DNA of 64,000 nt from a bacterium. Lineage in GTDB: Bacteria; Verrucomicrobiota; Lentisphaeria; Victivallales; GWF2-38-69. The notes beneath the pieces were generated by a model. It was not told where the DNA came from. It saw nothing but the letters and a program-made list of their open reading frames with translations, and ran no database searches. The stretch covers positions 2,919 through 66,918 of the forward strand of contig JAJXWI010000003.1 in assembly GCA_021781705.1 (NCBI GenBank). The letters run 5' to 3'. Each line of letters opens with the position of its first letter. Position 1 is the first letter of the stretch. Positions 10,293-20,576 of this stretch are shown piece after piece. The translations under genes and the position numbers were made by a program.

Positions 10293-11711
10293 TTACTTTT
10301 TTTTGAACAGCTCTTTTTGTATATTCAAAAATTTCATTTTATTGTAAAATCCTCGGGAATGTATACCGGCAATTTTTGCAGCTTCCCCTACTCTGCCTTT
10401 AGTTTTTTTAAGAATCATTTCAATATAAAGTTTTTCCGTGTTTGCTAGAACTTTATTTAAAACTTCAGGTAGAGTTTTGTTTTCCCATTCTGTCGGACAT
10501 GCAGTTTTTTCTCCTGATATGGATGAAGTATTAGTAGCATTTTCACTAAAATTTTTCGGCAGGTGGTCTGGGGTAATAGTATTTCCCTTGCAGAGAATTA
10601 CGGTCCGTTCCAATACATTCATAAGCTCCCTAATGTTTCCAGGCCAGTCATATAAGCATAACGCACTCATTGCGGTGTCTGAAATCCCGAAGATTTTTTT
10701 TGCATATTTTTTCCTGTAAAAATCTATAAAATTCCTACTTAGTGATGGTATGTCTTCGCTCCGTTCTCTTAATGGTGGGATTGTCAGAGTCACAACATTC
10801 AGTCGGTAAAATAGATCTTTTCTGAATGTGCCCTTATTTACTTCTTCTTCTATGTCCCTGTTTGTCGCGGCTATAACTCGCACATCTACCCATATTGCCT
10901 TTTCTCCACCAATCGGTCTTAATTCGTAATCCTGTAATACTCTCAAGAGTTTTGACTGTAAATGTAAAGGCATCTCTCCTATCTCGTCCAGAAAAATAGT
11001 TCCATTGTGAGCCAATTCAAAAGCCCCTCTCCTGGATCTTATCGCACCTGTAAATGCGCCTTGTTCGTGCCCAAAAAGCTCGCTTTCCAGCAGCTGTTCT
11101 GGTAACCCTGCTATATTCACAGGAATAAAGGGACCTTTTGATCTTAAACTTTCCGCATGTATCGTTTTTGCCAGGTGCTCCTTGCCTACACCTGTCTCTC
11201 CCAGTATTAAAAGCGGAGTGTTATTTGGTATTATTTGCTGAACTTCATCCATGAACATTCGCATTTTTTCATTGTTTGACGAAAAATCCGCAAGCTTAGG
11301 AGATGCCTTTATTTTATAGTCAACCTGATTTTGCTGATAAAATTTTCTTCTTGACTCAACAGCTGTGTATATCGCTTCAGCAATGCTTGTATCTTGTATG
11401 CCTGCGTATAACACTACGTCTGCTCCGCACGCAAATAACTTTGCGTGCTCCTCCGAAGAATCCCTGTTGTGCAGCAATATTGTTGTTGGCATTTCAGGAA
11501 GCGTATTTAATAATGAAATACTGGATTCTAGAGACAACGGTACAAAAGACTCGCTTATTACTATTACATCGCCGCAACTTCTCACGAGTTTTTGCCAAGG
11601 CGATTTTAAGTGCCCCATACATACTACTTCTATGTCAGGAAGCTCAAAATAATCTTCAATATATTTTTCTAATTTTCTCTCTTTTACAACTAAGAATAAT
11701 CTGATTTTCAT
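10293..11711 (-). CDS. Sigma-54-dependent transcriptional activator (NtrC-family EBP) with degenerate receiver domain
   Basis: AAA+ core GETGVGKE, ESELFGHEQGAFTGA (GAFTGA loop), RVIAATNRDI; C-terminal Fis-type HTH; N-terminal REC-like fold lacks the acidic pocket and phospho-Asp. Confidence 0.85.
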   Translation of the reverse strand: MKIRLFLVVKERKLEKYIEDYFELPDIEVVCMGHLKSPWQKLVRSCGDVIVISESFVPLSLESSISLLNTLPEMPTTILLHNRDSSEEHAKLFACGADVVLYAGIQDTSIAEAIYTAVESRRKFYQQNQVDYKIKASPKLADFSSNNEKMRMFMDEVQQIIPNNTPLLILGETGVGKEHLAKTIHAESLRSKGPFIPVNIAGLPEQLLESELFGHEQGAFTGAIRSRRGAFELAHNGTIFLDEIGEMPLHLQSKLLRVLQDYELRPIGGEKAIWVDVRVIAATNRDIEEEVNKGTFRKDLFYRLNVVTLTIPPLRERSEDIPSLSRNFIDFYRKKYAKKIFGISDTAMSALCLYDWPGNIRELMNVLERTVILCKGNTITPDHLPKNFSENATNTSSISGEKTACPTEWENKTLPEVLNKVLANTEKLYIEMILKKTKGRVGEAAKIAGIHSRGFYNKMKFLNIQKELFKKK

Positions 11712-12005
11712 TTTTTAAAACCTTTTTGACCTTAAATTAAAAATCAGCATAAAAATGCCTGTTTTATTAGTAAATACAAGTATTTATTTGCTGTTTTTGC
11801 CTATTATTGGTTAGCGCTTGCGGTCATTTGATCTGCAACTCAATTTTCAAGAGCAAATATTAAGAAAAAAAATACTGAAATAATCATTTTTTTTAATTCT
11901 TGAAGATGTTTTAATTTAGAAGTAAATGAAAAAACGAAAGATTCAACACCTAACATACTAACAAGCAACATTTTATAAAAATCATTGTTTTTTTACTAAA
12001 AATAT

Positions 12006-12021
12006 TGGCATATATACTGCT
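12006..12021 (+). promoter_or_regulatory. Sigma-54 (-24/-12) promoter candidate
   Basis: TGGCATATATACTGCT places GG and GC at the spacing of consensus TGGCAC-N5-TTGCW; ~75 nt upstream of the 12097 start; divergent from the EBP gene. Confidence 0.55.
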
Positions 12022-12096
12022 TCAGTGAATATTAACGGTTGGTTTTTAAAGATGTCAGAATCGTGAAATAAAACATAAGGAGAGCCTTTATCTAAA

Positions 12097-13065
12097 ATGT
12101 ACAAACTAAAAGTTGTAGATGATGTTGAAGAGTGCGCGTGTATATGGAAAAAACACTGGGATGCAACAAGTCTTTTTGATTTATGGGATGTTCGGAATTG
12201 CTTTGTTGACTCCTTCAAAAGAAACAACATATTTATAGTACTGGAAAATGGTGGGGACATACAGGGTGTTTTACCGCTAAGCTGGATAGGGGAATCTAAT
12301 TTCTACTCTTTCTTTCCTGGAGAGTCATGGCATGGAAAGACATGGCTTGAACAAAACAAGGTCTTTGCTGCAGATAATAATGCTTTCCAAATTTTAATTA
12401 ATAATATTCCCGGGCCGGCCCATATGCGTTATATGAGTGCCAACTCGCTTTATTTTAACGACAGTCTGACTTTTGATGAATCCAACTACCATCTTTACCC
12501 CGGAGAGTTTGATTACACTTTTGACGGGTATATGCAGAAGTTTTCCAGTAAGTCCAGAAAGAATCTATCCAAGGAAGTTTCCCGGTTTTATGAAATGGGA
12601 GCTAAACTTAGATATAACAAGCTTGAAGATATCGAGGCTCTGTTTGAAATGAATTTAGCTGCTTACGAAGAAGATTCTTACTTTAAAGACCCAAGATTTT
12701 ACAACTCCTTCCAATCTTTACTGAAATGGTTATATGACAATAAATTGTTGAGAATAGTAACTGTAGAAATAGGCGGAAAAATAGCTGCTGTGGATATTGC
12801 ATCTCAGTACGGCTCTGAATATGTCGTTCTTTGCGGGGGGACAAATCCTGAATTTCCTGGTATTGCGAAACTTATTAATTTTCATCATATTGAGTGGTCT
12901 TGCTGGAACCGTATGAGAAAAATAGACTTTTTGTGCGGAGATTTCGGATGGAAAGAACGTTTTCACCTTACCTCAAAACCGTTGTATGAAATAAATCTGC
13001 TTACGGCTCAGGAAGCTAAGCTAAGCGAAGGGCAAAGAGAAGACACCGGTACATATGGGATCTAA
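12097..13065 (+). CDS. GNAT-fold acyl/aminoacyl-transferase (CelD/FemAB-like)
   Basis: 322 aa; C-terminal half (LRIVTVEIGGKIAAVDIA...VLCGGTNPEF) resembles the CelD/BioF2-like GNAT family from memory. Confidence 0.5.
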   Translation: MYKLKVVDDVEECACIWKKHWDATSLFDLWDVRNCFVDSFKRNNIFIVLENGGDIQGVLPLSWIGESNFYSFFPGESWHGKTWLEQNKVFAADNNAFQILINNIPGPAHMRYMSANSLYFNDSLTFDESNYHLYPGEFDYTFDGYMQKFSSKSRKNLSKEVSRFYEMGAKLRYNKLEDIEALFEMNLAAYEEDSYFKDPRFYNSFQSLLKWLYDNKLLRIVTVEIGGKIAAVDIASQYGSEYVVLCGGTNPEFPGIAKLINFHHIEWSCWNRMRKIDFLCGDFGWKERFHLTSKPLYEINLLTAQEAKLSEGQREDTGTYGI

Positions 13066-14311
13066 GGTATTAATAGTTGGAACTACGCCAGATTATGTTG
13101 AATGGATTAGAACCTTGCTTAAGTGCGAGGTTTTTTTCATTACCGATTTGAAAGCTAGAAGAAATGCTGTTGAATCATGCCCTGCACCAGTGGAAGAAAT
13201 TCTTTGCAACTTGTCTGACTATAAAAATGCTATTCTCGCTCTCAAAGAACATATAAAACATTACAATATTGAAGTTGCTGGGATCACGTGTTTTGATTGT
13301 GAGTCAATGGAGCTTGCATCATTTATCGCTAATGAACTGAGCCTTAATTTTCAAAGTTCATCTGCAGTACATAATTGCAGAGATAAATTTATATCAAAAG
13401 CGTATTGGAAAGAAAAGCAGCTGTTTACACCCCGCATAGCAAAGATAGAGGGCTTTGAGCAGGCAGAGATTTTCTTTCAAAATATAAAAGGTCAAGTCTG
13501 TGTATTAAAGCCATCTTCAGGCGCAGGAAGTGAATTGGTCTTTCTTTGTCACAATTTAGCAGAGCTAAGGCAGGCATATGAAAAAGCTTCCGAAGGGCTG
13601 AAAGAAAAAACTGGAAACATGTTGTATGATTCTCCTGCTATAAAGAGCTCATTAATATTGGAGGAGTATATTTCAGGAACGGAATATAGTTGCGATTTTA
13701 TTATTAAAGATGACGGTGTAAAGATAATAAGATTGACTGAAAAAATAAAATTCCCAGGACAGATTTTTGGCATTATAGACGGGTATAAATTGATTAATTT
13801 TATTTCTGGCATTTCTGAGAAAAAACTGTATGATACTTTATATAAAGCGGCCTCTTCGGTAGGATTAAACAATTCAATATGCATGATAGATTTTATAGTA
13901 AGAGACAGGAATATTTTTCTTATAGAAATAGCTCCGCGCCCCGGCGGGGATTGTTTACCTCACTTGCTTGAAATAGCTACAGGACAAAATATTTTGGCAG
14001 TAAATATTGATTTAGCGAAGGGAAAAATGCCACAGCTGCTAGATTACAAAACCATTAAACCGTGGATTGCTCTGAGAATATTTGCAGATAGAAAGGGAAT
14101 TTTGTCCGAAATAGACGTTAAAGAACTTCTTAAAAATCCAATGGTTTCAAAAGTTAATATAACATCCTACAAGGGGAAAAATATAGAACTGCCCCCAAAA
14201 GATTATGATAGCTGGGTTTTAGGGAATATTATTCTTAAGCCTGATGTAGCTGATAATAGTTATTCTGTAGCAAAAAAAATAATCGGGCTAGCCCGTATAA
14301 AGATAGATTAA
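13055..14311 (+). CDS. ATP-grasp domain protein (carboxylate-amine ligase type)
   Basis: 418 aa; VLKPSSGAGSELV, EEYISGTEYSCDF, IEIAPRPGG layout typical of ATP-grasp; overlaps the upstream ORF by 11 nt. Confidence 0.7.
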   Translation: MGSKVLIVGTTPDYVEWIRTLLKCEVFFITDLKARRNAVESCPAPVEEILCNLSDYKNAILALKEHIKHYNIEVAGITCFDCESMELASFIANELSLNFQSSSAVHNCRDKFISKAYWKEKQLFTPRIAKIEGFEQAEIFFQNIKGQVCVLKPSSGAGSELVFLCHNLAELRQAYEKASEGLKEKTGNMLYDSPAIKSSLILEEYISGTEYSCDFIIKDDGVKIIRLTEKIKFPGQIFGIIDGYKLINFISGISEKKLYDTLYKAASSVGLNNSICMIDFIVRDRNIFLIEIAPRPGGDCLPHLLEIATGQNILAVNIDLAKGKMPQLLDYKTIKPWIALRIFADRKGILSEIDVKELLKNPMVSKVNITSYKGKNIELPPKDYDSWVLGNIILKPDVADNSYSVAKKIIGLARIKID

Positions 14312-14323
14312 TGGACAATAGGG

Positions 14324-14635
14324 CTAAAGGTTAGTTTTTTTTTCCAGTTCACGAAGAATTATTTCTACTGGGGTCAGATATTTTTTCTCATTGTTGCAGT
14401 TCTTACAGCATGGCGTCACATTTCCCTTAGAAGTTTTTCCTCCCCTGGATAATGGTACGATGTGGTCCATCGTTAATTCGCGTGACGAAAATTTTTGTTT
14501 ACAGTAGTGGCAAACTCCTTTTTGTATTTCGTTTTTCCACCAAGCAGTTTTTTTCAATTCCTCTACTTTTTTCTTTTCTCTGGCGATATGTACAGGATCT
14601 TTTTGTATGTCAATCCAATCAAAATCTGAGTGCAT
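14324..14635 (-). CDS. Small HNH endonuclease-domain protein
   Basis: CHYC...DHIVPLSRGG...NVTPCCKNCNNEK (HNH with two CxxC pairs); 8 nt downstream of the lptD-like gene on the same strand. Confidence 0.8.
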   Translation of the reverse strand: MHSDFDWIDIQKDPVHIAREKKKVEELKKTAWWKNEIQKGVCHYCKQKFSSRELTMDHIVPLSRGGKTSKGNVTPCCKNCNNEKKYLTPVEIILRELEKKTNL

Positions 14636-14643
14636 ATTATACT

Positions 14644-17262
14644 TTAGTAGGTGTGAGGTTCTTCTATTACATCATTGGGAAACAGGCTTTCCCTAGGTAT
14701 TATTTCATAAGCAGGGGTTGCGGTAAATTGTAGAGAAGCAGAAAAATCACAATAGGTAGCTTGTCCATTGCTATTGTTATTAGTTTTCTGGCTTGCATTT
14801 GCATTCAATATTACTTGAAGATTGCAGGGAAGATCTCGTGTAAGAGTTACGCCTGCACCTGGGTACATATTTTCGAAAAAATCATATTGTATGTTAAAGC
14901 TACCCCTTGTTCTATCATTTATTTTAAAGTTTAGCCCCGTGGTGCAGAATGATGATCTTTGATACATTCTTTGGAAAAAAGTACCGCTTTGTATCTGTTG
15001 TTCCAAGCTGCCCATAGAGTAAGTTGAATTGGTATTATTGTCCGTGGAAGAGTAATAGCTTCCTGTAAACCCCCACCCATCCGCAAAAGTCCAGGTGCCT
15101 ATAGTATTAAATGATGTTAAGCAGGTGTCAAAATTACTTCCTACCATTCGTCCTGCATCTACTAATATTTGAGAGCTAAGTGTTAAGTCTTGTGTAGGTG
15201 TGATTTTTATAACATTCCCAAAATCTCCTAAATTCTTCATAGACCCGTTGGGTTCATCTTTTCTACTATCTGTATCGAAAAGGAAATCCAAATAATTATG
15301 CATCTGCGCCCAAGTATATGCTTGAGAAGATTTCCATCCCCCCCTCCTTGTTTGAAGCCTGTTGTCTATTCCTGTTCTTACAAAATTTTGAGTATCTATA
15401 CGATCAATATCATCAAAGTACAAAATATGATCTCGTTTTTTGCTTGGTTGAAGAAATGTATAATCTACGTAAGGTGTGGTTACATGCCTTACCCCGTTCA
15501 TATCCCAGAAGGCATTTTTTACTCCCTCCCAGGATTGAGAGGCTTTAGTATTAAGGTTCATCCCGAACTCAGGAATAAATCTGGCATCAGATCCGCCAGA
15601 GGTATCATAATTATTGAATGTTACCGCCGATGTACTCTCCGGCTGAGACACGGCTATCATATTGTTTAAATCAGTATCAGACACCGCAGTATTTGAACTT
15701 TTATTGTACCCTGTAAGCCTGAATCCGGCCCTAGGGATAAGATTAAAAACATCCATCTGAATAGGGTAATAAGCAAAATTTACTGTATCAATTTTCCAGC
15801 CACTGTAGTTTGCCGGATTAGGCAAATTGCCCGGTCTGGGATTATTAAATTCTGTCCATCTTTGATTAAGGTATGAAACTTGAGTTTGCCCCTGGTGATA
15901 AATGTTAGCAAATAATTCCCGTCTTGGTATGGTCAATTGTAATTTTGGGAGTTCCTGAGCCGTTGTATACCACGTATACGTCTGCGGGCGAAGATTTGCG
16001 CTCAACGCACCCCAGTCAAATTGATAGTCTAAATTCGCGTAAGTAGATGGAGCCGGGTCTATACTTGCTATGGCGCCAAAGTAATCATATAGAAAATATT
16101 CATCGCTTATTTTTGCGAATCTTCCTCTGAAGTCAAGCCTGTCATTGAGATGTGTAAAGTTCCTCACGTCTACGTCGTATCTGTAAGGGTTGAATGGTTT
16201 GAAGCGGCTGTTATCAGGTGCGGAATAATCAGGAATATTATCATTTATGCCGTACAAAAAGGATTGTGTTACTGAATTTGGGGTTGTTACTTCGGTGGCA
16301 TTGCCATATCCAAATCCTCTGATGCTATAGTAATCAAGTAAATTAGAAGTACCTATTTTAAGATCTGGAGTGTCCCAGAGATCCCAGTTATTACTTGTTC
16401 GAAGATATCCACCAAGTTGCGTACTATTTCCATACGTAAATGCCCAGTTCCCCATTCTGTTCGGTGGCGGTTTGTACATTATTGGCAGCCAAAATACCGG
16501 CATACTCCCTATATAAAGAACATTATTATAGGCCCAAAAATGATACTTATTTAAATTTGACACACCTGAATTTAATGTCGTTATCCCATCTGAAGATACG
16601 TCACCACCCGAGGGAAATGCGTTTACTTCGCTCGAGTTAAGACTATAAACTGAATGTCCTTCAAGATAAGAAGAACACGGGCTTATTGAAGCATCTTTTA
16701 TTACTATTTCTCCATCTGCTTTTCTTGTTGCTTTGTCCCCAACGACAGTCCATCCACCTAGATTTGCCTGAAAAGTACCAAACTCAAAAACTCCAGTTAT
16801 TAAATTTCCCATTGCCCTGTCGCCATGCCATGTAAGCACCTGTTTTATAGTATCTACCATCAGTATTTGCCGCCCGGATGGAGTCATTACCGTACCTACA
16901 ACTTGAATTTTGACATTGGGATCTTTTTCAAGTTTTCGGACATCCCAGTACTCCATTTGCTGTCTGGAACGGACTAGATTGTAAAAACTTACGTTCCCTG
17001 ATATTTCTATGTTTTTATTTGTGTTATTAACAATTGCCTTATCTGCATAAAATATTATATCTCCTTTTCTCACGAATATATTTCCGTAAGCGACCATATT
17101 GTCACCAATATATTCGAATGAATCTGCCTTTGCGTTAAGTCCTTGTATTGCTTTTAGAGTATCAATATCGAAAGCTAGCGATTGGGATGTGTGGAAAATA
17201 AAAATGCTGTTGAATAGCAGTAAACCTATAAAAACTTGTAAAACTTTTTGCATTGAGTTCAA
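14644..17262 (-). CDS. lptD: LPS-assembly outer-membrane protein LptD-like
   Basis: 872 aa, signal peptide, OstA-like N-terminal region (GNIFVRKGDIIFYADKAIV...ISGNV), aromatic/Gly/Asn-rich beta-barrel-type remainder. Confidence 0.55.
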   Translation of the reverse strand: MNSMQKVLQVFIGLLLFNSIFIFHTSQSLAFDIDTLKAIQGLNAKADSFEYIGDNMVAYGNIFVRKGDIIFYADKAIVNNTNKNIEISGNVSFYNLVRSRQQMEYWDVRKLEKDPNVKIQVVGTVMTPSGRQILMVDTIKQVLTWHGDRAMGNLITGVFEFGTFQANLGGWTVVGDKATRKADGEIVIKDASISPCSSYLEGHSVYSLNSSEVNAFPSGGDVSSDGITTLNSGVSNLNKYHFWAYNNVLYIGSMPVFWLPIMYKPPPNRMGNWAFTYGNSTQLGGYLRTSNNWDLWDTPDLKIGTSNLLDYYSIRGFGYGNATEVTTPNSVTQSFLYGINDNIPDYSAPDNSRFKPFNPYRYDVDVRNFTHLNDRLDFRGRFAKISDEYFLYDYFGAIASIDPAPSTYANLDYQFDWGALSANLRPQTYTWYTTAQELPKLQLTIPRRELFANIYHQGQTQVSYLNQRWTEFNNPRPGNLPNPANYSGWKIDTVNFAYYPIQMDVFNLIPRAGFRLTGYNKSSNTAVSDTDLNNMIAVSQPESTSAVTFNNYDTSGGSDARFIPEFGMNLNTKASQSWEGVKNAFWDMNGVRHVTTPYVDYTFLQPSKKRDHILYFDDIDRIDTQNFVRTGIDNRLQTRRGGWKSSQAYTWAQMHNYLDFLFDTDSRKDEPNGSMKNLGDFGNVIKITPTQDLTLSSQILVDAGRMVGSNFDTCLTSFNTIGTWTFADGWGFTGSYYSSTDNNTNSTYSMGSLEQQIQSGTFFQRMYQRSSFCTTGLNFKINDRTRGSFNIQYDFFENMYPGAGVTLTRDLPCNLQVILNANASQKTNNNSNGQATYCDFSASLQFTATPAYEIIPRESLFPNDVIEEPHTY

Positions 17263-17427
17263 TTTGAATCTTTTTAAATCAAAACTGTATTAATGGGTTA
17301 CTGTATACGGAAAGTATTAAAAAAACAATAATTTGTTAAAAGTTTTTAGTACCTAATCGGGATAGGCGTGTTATCTTACTTCACAAGTAAAAAAATAAAT
17401 TTTATCCCAAATTAGGAGTCACAATTC

Positions 17428-18240
17428 ATGATTAATATTGTTGTAATTGGTGCCGCAGGCAGAATGGGAAGACTGATTATGAAAAATATTTTAATCATGC
17501 CAAATTTAAAGCTAGTTGGTGCTATAGAGGCAAAACAAAGCCCTCTTTTAGGTACAGATGCAGCTGTTTTAGTCGAAGCGTTGCCATGCGGAATAAAATT
17601 AACTGATGATTTACAACAGTCCCTTAATGGAGCAGACGTGGTTATCGACTTCAGCACTGGTGATATTGTAGGTAATGCCAGAGAATCGGTCAAACATGGG
17701 GCAGGAGTAGTTATCGGCACTACTGCTTTGAGTGAACAGCAAAAGCAGGAACTCAAAAATCTTGTTAGCGCCGGGGCAAGGATAGTGTGTACCCCCAATA
17801 TGAGCGTTGGCATGAATATGTTATTTCATATAGCTGGAGAGGTAGCTAAGATTTTAGGAGAGAGTTATGACATAGAATTAGTAGAATTGCATCATAACCA
17901 AAAGAAAGATGCACCGAGCGGAACTGCAATGAAGCTTGTTGAAATTCTCGCCAAAGCCAGGAATATGGATGTTGATAGAGATATTTGTTACGGAAGGAAG
18001 GGGATAATCGGGGAACGGCCGGCAAAGCAGATAGGCGTCCATGCTGTCAGGTGCGGGGACATAGCTGGAGAGCACACAATAATTTTCTCAACAAATGGAG
18101 AAAGAATTGAATTGATTCACAAAGCTACGACGAGAGAGACTTTTGCACTTGGTGCTTTGAGAGCTGCCATGTACGTAAAAAATGCTAAGCCTGGGTGTTA
18201 TGACATGCAGGATGTGTTGGATATAAAGAAATCCATATAA
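17428..18240 (+). CDS. dapB: 4-hydroxy-tetrahydrodipicolinate reductase
   Basis: VVIGAAGRMG NAD(P) motif, VIDFS, ELHHNQKKDAPSGTA signature. Confidence 0.9.
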   Translation: MINIVVIGAAGRMGRLIMKNILIMPNLKLVGAIEAKQSPLLGTDAAVLVEALPCGIKLTDDLQQSLNGADVVIDFSTGDIVGNARESVKHGAGVVIGTTALSEQQKQELKNLVSAGARIVCTPNMSVGMNMLFHIAGEVAKILGESYDIELVELHHNQKKDAPSGTAMKLVEILAKARNMDVDRDICYGRKGIIGERPAKQIGVHAVRCGDIAGEHTIIFSTNGERIELIHKATTRETFALGALRAAMYVKNAKPGCYDMQDVLDIKKSI

Positions 18241-18266
18241 TTATAATTTTAGGATAATTTTTTCTT

Positions 18267-19190
18267 ATGTCACAGGAAAGCAATATTATAATTTCGGCCA
18301 AGAACATTACTAAGATATTCAAAGATTTCTGGAACAGACCAAAAGCCAAAGCGGTAAATGGGGTCTCTTTTGAAGTTAAGAGAGGAGAGGTTGTAGGTTT
18401 GTTAGGCCCCAATGGATCCGGAAAGTCTACCACGATAAAAATGATACTTAATCTCCTTTACCCAACTGCAGGTGAATTAAAAATATTCGGGAAAGGCACT
18501 AAAGATGTAAATACAAAATCGAAAATAGGCTATTTGCCTGAAGAAACATACCTTTACAAATTCTTGTCAGCTGAAGAAATTCTTAACTTTTTTGGTTCTC
18601 TTTTTAATCTTCCGGCTAAAGAAGTAAAAAAACGAACAGATGAGCTTTTGGAGATGATTGGGATGTCGCATGTCAGAAGGCGATTGGTTGGTGAGTTTTC
18701 TAAGGGTATGGCCAGGCGAATAGGAATGGCTCAGGCTTTGATAAATAACCCTGAACTGTTAATACTTGACGAACCCACTTCCGGCTTAGATCCTATAGCT
18801 TGTAATGAAATGAAAAATCTCATTAGTTTTCTTAAAAACAAGGGAAAAACAATACTCGTAAGTAGTCATCTTTTGAGTGACATAGAAGAAGTATGCGACA
18901 GAATAATAATACTTTATGGTGGTAGGATAGCGGCTGAGGGCAGCCTGGAAAATTTGCTGAAGATATATGATAAAAACATTATTACAATTCCAAAACAGGA
19001 AGATGTTCAAACTGAAAAGTTGCGTAGATATCTGAAAGAAGAACTCTGTATAGAGGACTTTAGCATTGGCAATCCCAGTATGTCCCTTGAAAAATATTTT
19101 GTGAAAACTATGGAAAAAGCCAGAAATGATAAGTCAGAAACAGCTGGCGCTAAACAAGGCAGTGTTATTGCCGAATACTTGAATGAATAG
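18267..19190 (+). CDS. ABC transporter ATP-binding protein (ABC-2 type)
   Basis: Walker A GPNGSGKST, signature-like FSKGMARR, Walker B LLILDEPTSGLD. Confidence 0.85.
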   Translation: MSQESNIIISAKNITKIFKDFWNRPKAKAVNGVSFEVKRGEVVGLLGPNGSGKSTTIKMILNLLYPTAGELKIFGKGTKDVNTKSKIGYLPEETYLYKFLSAEEILNFFGSLFNLPAKEVKKRTDELLEMIGMSHVRRRLVGEFSKGMARRIGMAQALINNPELLILDEPTSGLDPIACNEMKNLISFLKNKGKTILVSSHLLSDIEEVCDRIIILYGGRIAAEGSLENLLKIYDKNIITIPKQEDVQTEKLRRYLKEELCIEDFSIGNPSMSLEKYFVKTMEKARNDKSETAGAKQGSVIAEYLNE

Positions 19191-19208
19191 AAAGAATTAC
19201 CGTTTACC

Positions 19209-20576
19209 ATGAATCGTGACATTGCTATAATTAAGTTGACAATAATAAGTACAATCAGAAGCTATTCTTTTATTTCTATAACTCTACTAAGTTGTATTTT
19301 TGCTTTTTTCATACCTCTGACAGTTTTTAGCGGCGGCGGTTTGGTGGATTTATTTCAAATTCGTATAGATTACTCTCTCGAAATATGCTCAATTCTAATT
19401 TTTATTTCATCTGTTTGGTCCGGCTGCTCTATCATGGCTGAAGATATTGAGCTGTATAAAATTCATATGCTGGTAGTGAAGCCTATTTCCAAGCTCAGAA
19501 TATGGCTCAATCGGTTCTTGGGGGTCTTTATTATTCATCTTTTATTTTTGATGTTAATTTCATTCATCATTTTTTTGATGCTCCATATTATGTCCAATAA
19601 AGGCTCTTTATCATCCCGGGAAAAAATTGAAATAAAGGAAAAGGTTTTTACGGGTAGAAAAAGTTATACAAGCCAACTAAGCGGGCTTAATGAAGAATAT
19701 TCCGGAGAGCTTAATGCAAGAATTAAAAATACCACCCTTTCAGAAAGCGAAAAGATAGAGATGGGAAAAAAGGTAATGTATACCATTATTTCCAGGAGGG
19801 GGGAAGTTAAGCCGGGAGAAAGTAAAACTTTTCTCTTTAACGTCGTGAAGACTAACTATTCTAACAACTCGAATTTTAAGTTTATGCTTTACATAGGTTC
19901 GCCCGATATGCTTGAAAGACAAAACAGACCAAAAGCAGAAGGAATATGGTTGTTACAAGTCAATAACGAAAGGGGCGTTAGTCTTGGCGAAAAACCTGAG
20001 ACTTTTATTTCAAATAATAAATACGAAATGAGTATCTCATTAAAGAATTTGTCAGAAGGGGAAAATGTTATTAAACTGACATACCAGAATTTAGATAAGG
20101 ATAGATCTGTTTTTTTCAGAGTAACTGAGTTTCCCCAAGTACAGATTAAGAGCGCAAATTTTATTGAAAACTACTTAAGATGCTTGTTGATTATGGCTCT
20201 TGGAATCGCTCTCTTATCAGCAATAGGATGCGCTTTGGGATGTGTATTTTCATTTCCTGTTGCGGTGTTCGTCATGGCCGCATATTTACTCTTTGGCAGC
20301 CTTGGTAATTTTATTTTGTCAGGCAACGAAATTTTTCTAAAAAATGACGATATTCAGTTAAAAATAGGGTACAGTCTTAGCAAGTCCTTTTTGAAGGTGA
20401 TTACTCCAATTCAAAAATTTCAGCTCTCTGAATATATTTCCACGGGGATGCTGATCGATAATGGTACTATTATGGAAACTATCAGAAAATATTTTTTGAT
20501 TCAGTTTTTAGCTATTTCGGTGATTGGAATATATGTTTTTTATAGGCGGGAATTAGGGATGGTTGCGAAAAGATGA
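19209..20576 (+). CDS. Putative ABC-2-type permease with large extracytoplasmic insert
   Basis: Hydrophobic helices at both ends with a ~200-aa polar middle; directly follows the ATPase. Confidence 0.45.
   Translation: MNRDIAIIKLTIISTIRSYSFISITLLSCIFAFFIPLTVFSGGGLVDLFQIRIDYSLEICSILIFISSVWSGCSIMAEDIELYKIHMLVVKPISKLRIWLNRFLGVFIIHLLFLMLISFIIFLMLHIMSNKGSLSSREKIEIKEKVFTGRKSYTSQLSGLNEEYSGELNARIKNTTLSESEKIEMGKKVMYTIISRRGEVKPGESKTFLFNVVKTNYSNNSNFKFMLYIGSPDMLERQNRPKAEGIWLLQVNNERGVSLGEKPETFISNNKYEMSISLKNLSEGENVIKLTYQNLDKDRSVFFRVTEFPQVQIKSANFIENYLRCLLIMALGIALLSAIGCALGCVFSFPVAVFVMAAYLLFGSLGNFILSGNEIFLKNDDIQLKIGYSLSKSFLKVITPIQKFQLSEYISTGMLIDNGTIMETIRKYFLIQFLAISVIGIYVFYRRELGMVAKR

Noticed and set aside
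17412-17813. 133-aa minus-strand ORF
   Set aside because: It is antisense to dapB, which has unmistakable family signatures.
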